Below, in pieces: positions 1-8,328 of a stretch of 64,000 bases of DNA. The translations under genes and the position numbers were made by a program. Below the pieces are notes generated by a model. That model was not told where the DNA came from, did not search any database, and saw only the letters and a program-made list of their open reading frames with translations. Position 1 is the stretch's first letter, and each line of letters begins with the position of its first letter. Origin of the DNA: Candidatus Latescibacterota bacterium (GTDB lineage: Bacteria; Latescibacterota; UBA2968; GCA-2709665); the NCBI GenBank assembly GCA_965205485.1, contig OZ242180.1, positions 923,016-987,015 on the forward strand. The letters run 5' to 3'.

Positions 1-756
1 CGCGTCCTTGAGATCGACAACGGGATATTGGCCGCGAAGGTCGCGCCGGCTTTCATGGGATCCGTTATCTCGCTCAGGTACGACGGTATGGAGTATCTCA
101 ACTGTCCGTATCCCAACGTGGAACCGCGCGCGTGGATGAATCCATGGTACGGCGGCCTTTCACCCGAATACGACAGGCTCGAGGATACGCTCTACAAGGA
201 ACGGTTCCGGTACCGGGTGATCGAAAGGAAGGGTCGCCAGGGCCTGGTCTGGCGCGGGGTGCGCGTCCACTGTCGGATCGCTCAGGAGCACGCCCGCGGT
301 CAGTCGATCGCGTGGGAATACCTGCTCGCACCCGGCGCGGACGTTCTGGCCATTCGCGTGACGTGCCGCGACGAACTCGGAATCGGCGCTGAAGGGGACC
401 TGGGCTTCGGCGTGTGGCCCGCGTTTGCCGCGTCACCGGGGACCGCGACCTTCTACAATACGACCGAAACGTCCGTTTCGACACTAGCGGCGCCCCACTG
501 GACCAGCGGCGGCAACTGGAACTGGGGCGGGATCGTCGGGAAGAACGGAGAGGCGTTGTTTCTGAGCGCGGCCGGGGAGGGCGCGCGCGCCGGCGGGTTC
601 GCCCTGGGCGAGGTCGGATGCTTCCTGCTGGGCAACCTGGACAGGTGGATGAAGGCGGGGGAGCGGATCGAGGCGCTGTTCTTCCTCCTGCCAACCACCA
701 GCCTGGAAGAAGGAAAGGCGGGCGCGATCTGGAGTGAGTTTGACGCGCTGCCGTAG
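1..756 (+). CDS. hypothetical protein, 3' part (ORF open to the window start; 5' end truncated)
   Basis: Frame is open from nt 1 with no stop until 754-756. Gly/Trp-rich C-terminus (GGNWNWGG). No recognisable domain. Confidence 0.4.
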   Translation, partial: RVLEIDNGILAAKVAPAFMGSVISLRYDGMEYLNCPYPNVEPRAWMNPWYGGLSPEYDRLEDTLYKERFRYRVIERKGRQGLVWRGVRVHCRIAQEHARGQSIAWEYLLAPGADVLAIRVTCRDELGIGAEGDLGFGVWPAFAASPGTATFYNTTETSVSTLAAPHWTSGGNWNWGGIVGKNGEALFLSAAGEGARAGGFALGEVGCFLLGNLDRWMKAGERIEALFFLLPTTSLEEGKAGAIWSEFDALP

Positions 757-794
757 CGGGGGAAGAAGGCGATCCCCGCGAGGAACCAAATCGA

Positions 795-2117
795 TCAAAC
801 GAGATCGCCAGTCTTGAAATACCTGTTCACTTTGTAACGGAAGAGGACTTGGGACAGGAGGATCAGACTCGCAAGTGCCCCAAACTCAAAGTGATCGGGT
901 ATTCGTGGAGCCGCTTTGAGCGAGTACCAACACAATATTGTAATGCCTATAAGGAGACCGAAAGTGATCACATACCCCCTGACACTCGGAGAAAGCAGAG
1001 GGCCAGATCGCAGGCGAAGCCACAAGAAGAAGGGAGTCAATATAGACATCAGGGATACAGGACGGATAAAGTCGTAACCTGCGAATTGTTCCATCAGGAC
1101 GTCCCTGAGCAGAAAGGCAAGTATCAGGGTACCAAAAAAGACGACGCTATATAGGAGCCCACTCCAATAGATCAGTCTTGAGAATTGCATCCGTGAGATG
1201 GGATAGACCCAACCCTTCTGGAGGAATAGACATTCATCCAGGCAATAGATCAAAGCGCAAGTCGCGGGAACAACGGTTACGATTATGTTTAGTACGCGCT
1301 GGAAGGCTACGGAGTTCTGTTGCAAGGCTTTACCGGGCACGTCCGTCAGGACAAACATGCACGCTGACGCGCCAAGAACGGCTATGGCCGGGATGAAGGG
1401 CGCTCTGGCCGGCCATCCTATTCGTTTGAAGCCAAAGTTTTCGTACTCGCCGGCACGAATCCAGTCAAACAGTCCCGTGAACGGCCCCGTATGTTGCCAT
1501 TGACGACGGGATTCACCCTTCAAGCTCTGCGCGTGCGTCACTGGGCCAAGTGCGTTTGCTCTGGCAACATTGACGTCAAAGAAACGATGAAGGCACAGCG
1601 ACGCGCCAGTCAATGCCAGGAGGACGCACAGAACGGGATGAACTGCGTAAACTTCGACGATGCGATCGACCGTATACATCGCGGTGAACAACAGGATCCA
1701 AATGAGAAAACCAAGACCATATCGACGGATGTCCCTGAACAGTGTGGGCCAAACGGGATTCATTCCCAAAATCAGCCCCACACTGTACCAGAGAAGTACG
1801 GATGAGAAGATGGTGTGCCAGGGGGCAATACCACCAGCGGATGTGTAAATCCACGTTTGGAAAAACGCCGTGACAACACCGGCAAGGAGCAGCGAAAAGA
1901 AGAGTCGCCGACGCAGGTTTGGCAAAGTCCATGAAAACAGCGTATTCCGGAGTTCTTGTACGATTCTCCCAAGCAATACGCCGCAAATTACCGGCGACAA
2001 CAATACAAGAAAGTTGTCATCTAATCCAATCTGGACTAAAAAGTACGCGACTATAACCACAGACATCGCGATGTGCAATGGACGCAACAGCAATCCGAAT
2101 AATGCATGGATGCCCAT
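795..2117 (-). CDS. polytopic membrane protein, probable permease subunit of the YtrA-type ABC export system (paralogue 1)
   Basis: 440 aa and strongly hydrophobic. Shares the termini MGI(H/Y)AL...FGDLV and the motif DWIRAGEYEN(F/Y)G with the adjacent paralogue. Last gene of the gntR-ABC operon. Confidence 0.6.
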   Translation of the reverse strand: MGIHALFGLLLRPLHIAMSVVIVAYFLVQIGLDDNFLVLLSPVICGVLLGRIVQELRNTLFSWTLPNLRRRLFFSLLLAGVVTAFFQTWIYTSAGGIAPWHTIFSSVLLWYSVGLILGMNPVWPTLFRDIRRYGLGFLIWILLFTAMYTVDRIVEVYAVHPVLCVLLALTGASLCLHRFFDVNVARANALGPVTHAQSLKGESRRQWQHTGPFTGLFDWIRAGEYENFGFKRIGWPARAPFIPAIAVLGASACMFVLTDVPGKALQQNSVAFQRVLNIIVTVVPATCALIYCLDECLFLQKGWVYPISRMQFSRLIYWSGLLYSVVFFGTLILAFLLRDVLMEQFAGYDFIRPVSLMSILTPFFLWLRLRSGPLLSPSVRGYVITFGLLIGITILCWYSLKAAPRIPDHFEFGALASLILLSQVLFRYKVNRYFKTGDLV

Positions 2118-2153
2118 GAGACGATCACCTTAAGAGCAAGGCTGATATGCGGA

Positions 2154-3470
2154 TTAGACGAGATCGCCGAATTTGAAGTGTTGTCGGATTTTGCAACGAA
2201 AGAGGTACTGGGACAGGAGGATTAGACTCGCGACGGTTGCGGCCTCGTAGGCGAACGAAATGCAGCAGCCAAACTCAAGCCATATCGTAATCAGGATCGA
2301 ATAGCAGATGATGAAAACAGCCAGAATTACGTATGAAAGTACTTTGAATTGTTCGTTCCGAAAGCGTACCCATTGGATGACAGGGTTACAGATGAACATC
2401 AGCAGGACAGGACGCGCGAGGTCGAGCCCGGTGAAGATTCCGGTCAGGCCATCCAGCAGAAGAAACATCAATAACATGACCCCGCAATGTAGAGCGTTAT
2501 GTAGAAGGCTACACCAGTACGCGAGCCTCGCCAGTTCAAGTCTCGAAAGAGGATAGAGCCATCCGGTTTTCACGTACAAGGACAGTTGCAGCATCCAAAG
2601 ACCCAGGGTGATAGGAACGATAACGGCTTCTGCATGGCCGAATAACTGAATCAGGACCGCCACGGTAGCCAGAATGACAGTTGAGTACAGGAACGCGCTG
2701 CCCAGCCATCCCGCCCATGCGGTACCGTAATTCTCGTATTCACCGGCCCGGATCCAGTCGCCCAGACCGTTGAGCGGAGCCGCGCGTGTCCATTTCCGCC
2801 GGGAGTCGCGTCGTGCCGTCTGGTGAGGTCCGAACGTGTACCGATGGAACACCGGCATCGAGACGAGCGATTTTTCTCTTGTGACTCCGACGCCGGAAGT
2901 GCGTTTCAGGTAGAGTATCGCGATAATAAGCGTAACAAGGGTACATAGGAGGGGTTGGGCTATGTAATAGTCGGTAACGTTATTGATCGAGAGGATGCCG
3001 AATACAAGGATAAGAATCGTAATATACGTGACGACCGAACTGCGGTACCGGAGTGTTCGGGCGTCGACGAATTCGTAGGTCCCGATCGTAAATGCCAGGC
3101 TGTGCCACATGAAACAAGAAGCAAGAATCGGGATCACAGGCGCAGGACCGCCCAACCAATCGTAAGTCCAGGTTGTCAGGGCGGCGAGTCCGATTCCCGT
3201 GATACATACCGAGGAAGAGAGCAGCCTGCGAAGACGGGGAAGCGACCAGGAAATGGGCGTGTGCTGGAGCTCGCCAATACTCTGGCCGATGAAGAAGCCT
3301 GCGATTGAAGGCAGTGCCATCGTGATCAGAATGAGGCGTCCCGGTTCTGACAGGGCGGGGAGTCTCGTGCCCGCGGCCCAGAGCAGACCCAGAATCAGCC
3401 CGGCGAATATCAGGTAGAATGCAAGAATCACCGGCCGCCAGAGCAGGCGGTACAGCGCGTAGATTCCCAT
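2154..3470 (-). CDS. polytopic membrane protein, probable permease subunit (paralogue 2 of 795-2117)
   Basis: 438 aa with the same conserved termini and DWIRAGEYENYG motif. Its start overlaps the stop of the upstream ABC ATPase, suggesting translational coupling. Confidence 0.6.
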   Translation of the reverse strand: MGIYALYRLLWRPVILAFYLIFAGLILGLLWAAGTRLPALSEPGRLILITMALPSIAGFFIGQSIGELQHTPISWSLPRLRRLLSSSVCITGIGLAALTTWTYDWLGGPAPVIPILASCFMWHSLAFTIGTYEFVDARTLRYRSSVVTYITILILVFGILSINNVTDYYIAQPLLCTLVTLIIAILYLKRTSGVGVTREKSLVSMPVFHRYTFGPHQTARRDSRRKWTRAAPLNGLGDWIRAGEYENYGTAWAGWLGSAFLYSTVILATVAVLIQLFGHAEAVIVPITLGLWMLQLSLYVKTGWLYPLSRLELARLAYWCSLLHNALHCGVMLLMFLLLDGLTGIFTGLDLARPVLLMFICNPVIQWVRFRNEQFKVLSYVILAVFIICYSILITIWLEFGCCISFAYEAATVASLILLSQYLFRCKIRQHFKFGDLV

Positions 3471-4354
3471 CAGCAGGTCTCGTCCAGGAGGAGCGGGAAC
3501 ATCTGCTCCAGGTTCAGCGGGCGGCTGGACACGTCAACGGCGTATTTCGCCTTGAAAGCGTCCAGGTTTTTGGAAGCGCCGTTCACGAGCAGACGCGCCT
3601 GGCTGCTGTCACCCTCCCGGGATACGACGAAGTCCTCTTCAAATTGCGCGGGGAGCCTGCCGTTCCGGGCGGTCACCCGCCATTCGGCGAAGCGTTCCTG
3701 GAGATCGTCCAGCGATGCGTCGGCCCTGATCCGGCCCCGGTCGAGACAGATTACGCGGTCGATGACCTTTTCGATGTCGTGCAGGACGTGTGACGAAATC
3801 ACGATCGTATTGGCGTCCTGCTGCAGGAGCTCGAGGAGAAATTTCAGGAACTGCTCGCGCGTGATGGGGTCCAGGCCGCTGACGGGCTCGTCGAGGATCA
3901 GCAGGTCGGGCCGGTGACATACGGCCAGAATGATGCCCAGTTTCTGGGCGTTCCCCGGAGAGAGGGTCCCGACCCGGGCAGTGGACTCCAGTTCCAGTTC
4001 GTCCAGCAGGCGTTCCTCGAGGTCACGGTCCCAGTGTTTGTAGAAGGTGGAGACATAGCGCAGTTGCTGCTCCACTTTCATCCATTCCAGGAACCGGTTC
4101 TCCTGGTGCACCACACCGATGCGGGAGAGTTCATCCGGACCCAGTTTGTCGCTGGGGCAACCAAGGGTGGTGCATGTCCCGCTGGTCGGCAGATACAGGC
4201 CGATGACGTGCCGGAGCATCGTGGTCTTTCCGCTTCCGTTTCTGCCGATGAGACCCACAACAGCCGGCTTCGGGACGGACACGCTCACGTTGTCCAGCGC
4301 GGTGACGTCGCCGAAGGACTTGGTGAGATTCTTGACTTCGAACGCGGATTCCAT
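3470..4354 (-). CDS. ABC transporter ATP-binding protein
   Basis: Walker A GRNGSGKTT, ABC signature LSPGNAQK, Walker B LLILDEP. I place the start at the internal ATG (MESAFEVKNLTKSF), which has an AGGAGG Shine-Dalgarno 9 nt upstream; the 5' ORF extension is not used. Confidence 0.85.
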   Translation of the reverse strand: MESAFEVKNLTKSFGDVTALDNVSVSVPKPAVVGLIGRNGSGKTTMLRHVIGLYLPTSGTCTTLGCPSDKLGPDELSRIGVVHQENRFLEWMKVEQQLRYVSTFYKHWDRDLEERLLDELELESTARVGTLSPGNAQKLGIILAVCHRPDLLILDEPVSGLDPITREQFLKFLLELLQQDANTIVISSHVLHDIEKVIDRVICLDRGRIRADASLDDLQERFAEWRVTARNGRLPAQFEEDFVVSREGDSSQARLLVNGASKNLDAFKAKYAVDVSSRPLNLEQMFPLLLDETC

Positions 4355-4355
4355 A

Positions 4356-4748
4356 TTATGGCTCCTCCTGATTGCCGGCGTCGTCCAGCATCCGGCCGAA
4401 GATTTCCAGGGCCCGCGACTTTTCAATGCCAAGCTGTCTTGCGATGGCGACAATTGGCGCGAGGCTCTGACGGAGCCGGTTGAGCTTGTGGACCTCGACC
4501 GTCTCCGGCTCCAGGTGACTGACGGTCAACGGCCGCCCGCGCCGACGCTCCACGATGCCCTCGGCCTCCAGGTACCCGTAAGCCTTGCTCACGGTCATCG
4601 GATTGACGCCGAGTTGCGCGGAAAGCGAGCGCGTGGCCGGCAGTTTTTCACCAGGCTTCAACAGGCCGCTGGCGATATGAAACTTGATCTGGTCCATCAA
4701 CTGCCGGTAGACCGGCACGCCGCTGTGGTGATCGATCGCGATCAGCAC
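4356..4748 (-). CDS. GntR-family transcriptional regulator, YtrA-like short subfamily
   Basis: N-terminal winged HTH (VPVYRQLMDQIKFHIASGLLKPGEKLPATRSLSAQLGVNPMTVSKAYGYLEAEGIV) plus a ~55-aa C-terminal extension. GTG start with a GAGGAG Shine-Dalgarno. Lies 1 nt upstream of the ABC ATPase. Confidence 0.8.
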   Translation of the reverse strand: MLIAIDHHSGVPVYRQLMDQIKFHIASGLLKPGEKLPATRSLSAQLGVNPMTVSKAYGYLEAEGIVERRRGRPLTVSHLEPETVEVHKLNRLRQSLAPIVAIARQLGIEKSRALEIFGRMLDDAGNQEEP

Positions 4749-4762
4749 TGAGGATTCTCCTC

Positions 4763-4795
4763 TGTGTATTAGTGTATTACTATAAATATACAGTA
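4763..4795. promoter_or_regulatory. candidate operator in the divergent gntR/MR-MLE intergenic region (GTATTA direct repeat plus an AT-rich near-palindrome)
   Basis: GTATTAGTGTATTACTATAAATATACAGTAT sits in an AT-rich gap between divergent genes, which is unusual in this GC-rich genome. Confidence 0.2.
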
Positions 4796-4853
4796 TGGCA
4801 GTGTGAATGTCAAACATATTTCTTTAAGAAACCCCAAAACCGAGGAGCGTACA

Positions 4854-5966
4854 ATGAAGATGACGTCGATGGACCTGTGGACCGTGGGGGTGCCGAGTCT
4901 TCCGGGGCGCGTGAACAGCCCGGAATGGGTCCCGGATGTCGGATGGGACGTGGTGCCCAAGCATATCCTACGGATCAACACGGATACCGAGCATTACGGG
5001 CTTGGAGAGTCCGGCCGCGGCGTGCCCATAGAGGACGTGCGCGCGGGGGCGGCCGTGGTATTGGGACGGGATCCCGAGGCGGTGACGCTGCAGAATATCT
5101 ACGAGCCTCGAACCGACGGTACGGAGACGATGCTGACCGTTGGAACGGGTCCCGCGTATCACGCGCTCGAGATGGCGGTCTTCGACCTGGTGGGCCGTGC
5201 GCGCGGGATTCCCGTACATGCGCTGATGGGCGGCGCGGTGCGCGACCGGGTGCGCGCGGACTACTGGATGGGGTCCCAGACGCCCGAAGACGGAAAGCGG
5301 ACCGTCGCGCGGGCGCTCGAGCACGGCTTCAAGGGCATCAAGATCAAGTGCAAGATCGAGGAGCCGATGGTGGAACGGCTGCGGGCGATCCGGGACGTGG
5401 CGGGTCCGGATTTCAAGGTCACGGTGGACCCGAACGAGCGGTTTCGCACGGCGGCGCAGACGATCGAACTCGCCCGCGAACTCGAGGTCCTGGGCAACGT
5501 GGAAGTATTTGAAGACCCGATTCCCAAATCGGATCTGGAGGGCTACGTTAAAATATACGAGGCCACCGATATCCCTATCGCAATGCACCTCGGGAGCGGC
5601 GATGGGGTGCTCCGTGCGGTGAAGGCCGGCGTGGTGGACTGCGTGAACCTGGGCGGGAGCATGGTGGGCTTTGCGAAGAGCGCCGCCGTCGCGGAGGCGG
5701 CCGGGCTGCGCTGCTGGCACGGTTCTGGCGTCGACCTGGGAATTATGGAGGCTTCGTTCGTGCACGCGATATCTGTTGTGCCGAACTGCACGATGGCGTC
5801 GGACATCGTTGGAAGCTGGGTGAGGGAGCACAGCCTGATCCGCGAGTCGAGAGAATTCGCCGACGGATTCACGCCGGTCCCCATGGCGCCGGGGCTGGGA
5901 TGCGAGCTGGATGTGTCGGCGGTGGAACGGTACAGCCGCGCCTTCGAGTCCGTTCAGGCGCCCTAG
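4854..5966 (+). CDS. enolase-superfamily enzyme, mandelate racemase/muconate lactonizing enzyme family (probable sugar-acid dehydratase)
   Basis: Shows the KIKCKIEEP...RLRAIRDVAGPDFKVTVDPNERF pattern typical of the MR/MLE barrel domain. ATG at 4854 has a GAGGAG Shine-Dalgarno 6 nt upstream. Confidence 0.75.
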   Translation: MKMTSMDLWTVGVPSLPGRVNSPEWVPDVGWDVVPKHILRINTDTEHYGLGESGRGVPIEDVRAGAAVVLGRDPEAVTLQNIYEPRTDGTETMLTVGTGPAYHALEMAVFDLVGRARGIPVHALMGGAVRDRVRADYWMGSQTPEDGKRTVARALEHGFKGIKIKCKIEEPMVERLRAIRDVAGPDFKVTVDPNERFRTAAQTIELARELEVLGNVEVFEDPIPKSDLEGYVKIYEATDIPIAMHLGSGDGVLRAVKAGVVDCVNLGGSMVGFAKSAAVAEAAGLRCWHGSGVDLGIMEASFVHAISVVPNCTMASDIVGSWVREHSLIRESREFADGFTPVPMAPGLGCELDVSAVERYSRAFESVQAP

Positions 5967-6032
5967 CGTCTCCTGTATGATCTCTATTGGAGTCGTGAAA
6001 CAGAAAATCCCGCCGGGTTTTCGGAGATACGG

Positions 6033-8144
6033 ATGATCGCATTGATCCTGAATTGCCTGCTGTCGTTGACGACACCGGCGCTGGCCGCGTCTGACATCCC
6101 CGCGAAGGTGGACTCCCTGATTCAGGTATCCGCTGACACCTCCCTTGGGCTGGACGGACGCAGGGACATCCTGAAGGAGGCGGCGAAGCTCGACCGGACC
6201 GGAAAGGCCCTGCACGCGCTGGCGCGATTGAGGCTGGAAAAAGGCACCACGTATTCGCGCCAGCAGGCGAGGTCCCTGCTGACGCGGGCGATGGAACGGG
6301 AACCCGAGAATGGGGACTATGTCGCGACCTTCGCGGAGCTGCTCTGGCGCACCGGGCCCAGGTCCGGCTCATACAAGAGAGCACGGGAGGCCATCTCGCT
6401 CGACCCGAAGAATGTCCGCGCGTACTACTGGGCGGGACGGTTCGTGGTCTGGTCGTGGGAAATGACGTTCTTCACCCGGGAGGACGAAAGTGACGCCATG
6501 CGCGTGGCCGGGGACGGTGACGTGACGACAGGGCGCACGTTCGCGCAGCGCGGTTACGCGGACATGGACGTGGACGTGGGGATCGACTATTTGAGCCGCG
6601 CCCTGTGGCTGGACGCGGACCACTGGCCGTCCCGCGTGCATCTCGGGCTGGCATACTATATGGCGCGGAAGCCTGACGATCTGATTTCCCTCTTTCAGGT
6701 CGATATCGAACGCCATCCGGGCCGTGCGGACGCCTACTTTTTCATGGGACTCGGCTATCAGGCAAAGGGACACCCCGAAGCCGCGTACCGCGCCTACGTG
6801 GACGGCCTGGCGCGTCTTTCCGACCGGCAACGCCGCTTCATGCAATCGGTCTTCCTGATGCGTGACAAGAAATCGTGGAAGAACGAGGAACCCCCTCCGG
6901 ACGTGGAGGCGATCCGGAAATTCTGGTTCGGGAAGGACCCGTTGTATCTGAGCAAAATCAACGAGCGGATGCTGGAGCAGTGCAGGCGCGTGGCGTTTGC
7001 GAATCTGCGTTTTGGCGACCCCATCAACGGGTACGCCGGATGGGAGACCGACCGGGGACAGGCCTATATCCGATACGGCGACCCTGTGGCGCGGCACATG
7101 ACGCCCGCGGACATCGATATGGGCCTGACGAAAACCCTTGAGGAAGAACAGCGGATGAGGAGGGGTCCGTCCGGCGGAATTTTCGAATTCCACCCTCGCA
7201 AGGATACATGGACGTACGACGGGTTCGAAGTTTCATTCCTGAATACGAATTCCTGGGACTCCTGGCGGTTCGGCGAGTCGAAGCTGGGGGGGCAGACACT
7301 GAGCTTCAGCGAACTGGTGAAGTCGGTACCGGATTACTACCGCTATCCCTATCAGTACAGCGTGCCGTATCAGGTCGCGCAGTTCCGGCGTGAAGAGGGA
7401 AAGACGAGCGTGGAAGTGTACTATGCGCTGTCCGGTGATCAGGTCACGCACGAAGAGGTCGGTCCAGGGGTCCGGGAGGTGGACGTAGTACAGGCGCTGT
7501 TCCTGTTCGACACGGCCTGGGATACGCTCCGGCGGGAGGTCGGCCGCGTGCGGCGGATGCCCTGGCTGCACTACGTCTCGACCAAACGGGGATACCTGAT
7601 TGCGAGCGAGCAGTTGACGCTTGCGCCCGGGAATTATTACCTGGCGGGGGAGGCGGAGGACCAGCCGAGCAAGAAGGTTGGGACGTTCAGGGAACCGTTG
7701 GAGGTGAGGCGGTTCAACCCCGATTCGCTGGAGATCAGCAGCCTGCTGATGGCGCGCCGGATCGTGGAACGCGATGAATGGCCGGTGGAACGCGGCAGGT
7801 ACATCGTGCTGCCCAACCCATTGCATGAGTGCTCGCGCGATGGAAGCGCGTGGTTTTATTTCGAGGTGTACAACCTGGCGCGAGACACTTTCGGCGCCAC
7901 GCATTACAGGATCGGCTATCAGACGCAGGTGCTTCCGGAGAGGCGGCGGCTGGAGGACCCGGAGCCTGAATGGACGACGGCGGTGTCCTACACGTACCGG
8001 GGCGTCCGGGACTGGGAACCCCGGTATCTGCGGGTGGACATGGACGGTACGTCGCCGGGTCTGCGCACGTTCCGGGTGGTCGTCGAGGACTTGCTGGCCG
8101 GCGCCGAGACCGAATCCACAACACGTTTTCGCGTAAGGTGGTAA
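6033..8144 (+). CDS. GWxTD domain-containing secreted protein (paralogue 1)
   Basis: Signal peptide MIALILNCLLSLTTPALAAS. Core motif NGYAGWETDRGQAYIRYGDP. N-terminal TPR-like region. Confidence 0.75.
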   Translation: MIALILNCLLSLTTPALAASDIPAKVDSLIQVSADTSLGLDGRRDILKEAAKLDRTGKALHALARLRLEKGTTYSRQQARSLLTRAMEREPENGDYVATFAELLWRTGPRSGSYKRAREAISLDPKNVRAYYWAGRFVVWSWEMTFFTREDESDAMRVAGDGDVTTGRTFAQRGYADMDVDVGIDYLSRALWLDADHWPSRVHLGLAYYMARKPDDLISLFQVDIERHPGRADAYFFMGLGYQAKGHPEAAYRAYVDGLARLSDRQRRFMQSVFLMRDKKSWKNEEPPPDVEAIRKFWFGKDPLYLSKINERMLEQCRRVAFANLRFGDPINGYAGWETDRGQAYIRYGDPVARHMTPADIDMGLTKTLEEEQRMRRGPSGGIFEFHPRKDTWTYDGFEVSFLNTNSWDSWRFGESKLGGQTLSFSELVKSVPDYYRYPYQYSVPYQVAQFRREEGKTSVEVYYALSGDQVTHEEVGPGVREVDVVQALFLFDTAWDTLRREVGRVRRMPWLHYVSTKRGYLIASEQLTLAPGNYYLAGEAEDQPSKKVGTFREPLEVRRFNPDSLEISSLLMARRIVERDEWPVERGRYIVLPNPLHECSRDGSAWFYFEVYNLARDTFGATHYRIGYQTQVLPERRRLEDPEPEWTTAVSYTYRGVRDWEPRYLRVDMDGTSPGLRTFRVVVEDLLAGAETESTTRFRVRW

Positions 8145-8328
8145 CCGGCGAAGAACCCGCCCTTCTGTCGAAGACACAACGTCAATGCCAGGGGAACCAT
8201 TCTCTCCTCCGGCGGGTCTACAATATGACACGGAATCCGCTGAGGACTTCCCGGAACCGGCTGCCGCTCGCGCTGTCGTCCGGCGCTTTGACGGTTGACT
8301 CTCGTCGCCCGATCAATTGGAAATCCTG

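Noticed and set aside
5967-6032. Terminator after the MR/MLE gene (CCCGCCGGGTTTTC).
   Set aside because: The stem is only 3-4 bp with a 1-nt loop, which is too weak to call.
4968-6215. 415-aa ORF antisense to the MR/MLE gene. Other long antisense ORFs of the same kind are at 7233-8231, 12584-13618, 13770-14669, 18398-20065, 21907-23283, 24637-25938, 28465-29886, 41619-43019 and 49925-51757.
   Set aside because: They are Arg/Pro/Gly-rich translations with no motifs, typical of spurious ORFs on the non-coding strand of high-GC genes. The opposite strand carries recognisable domains in every case.
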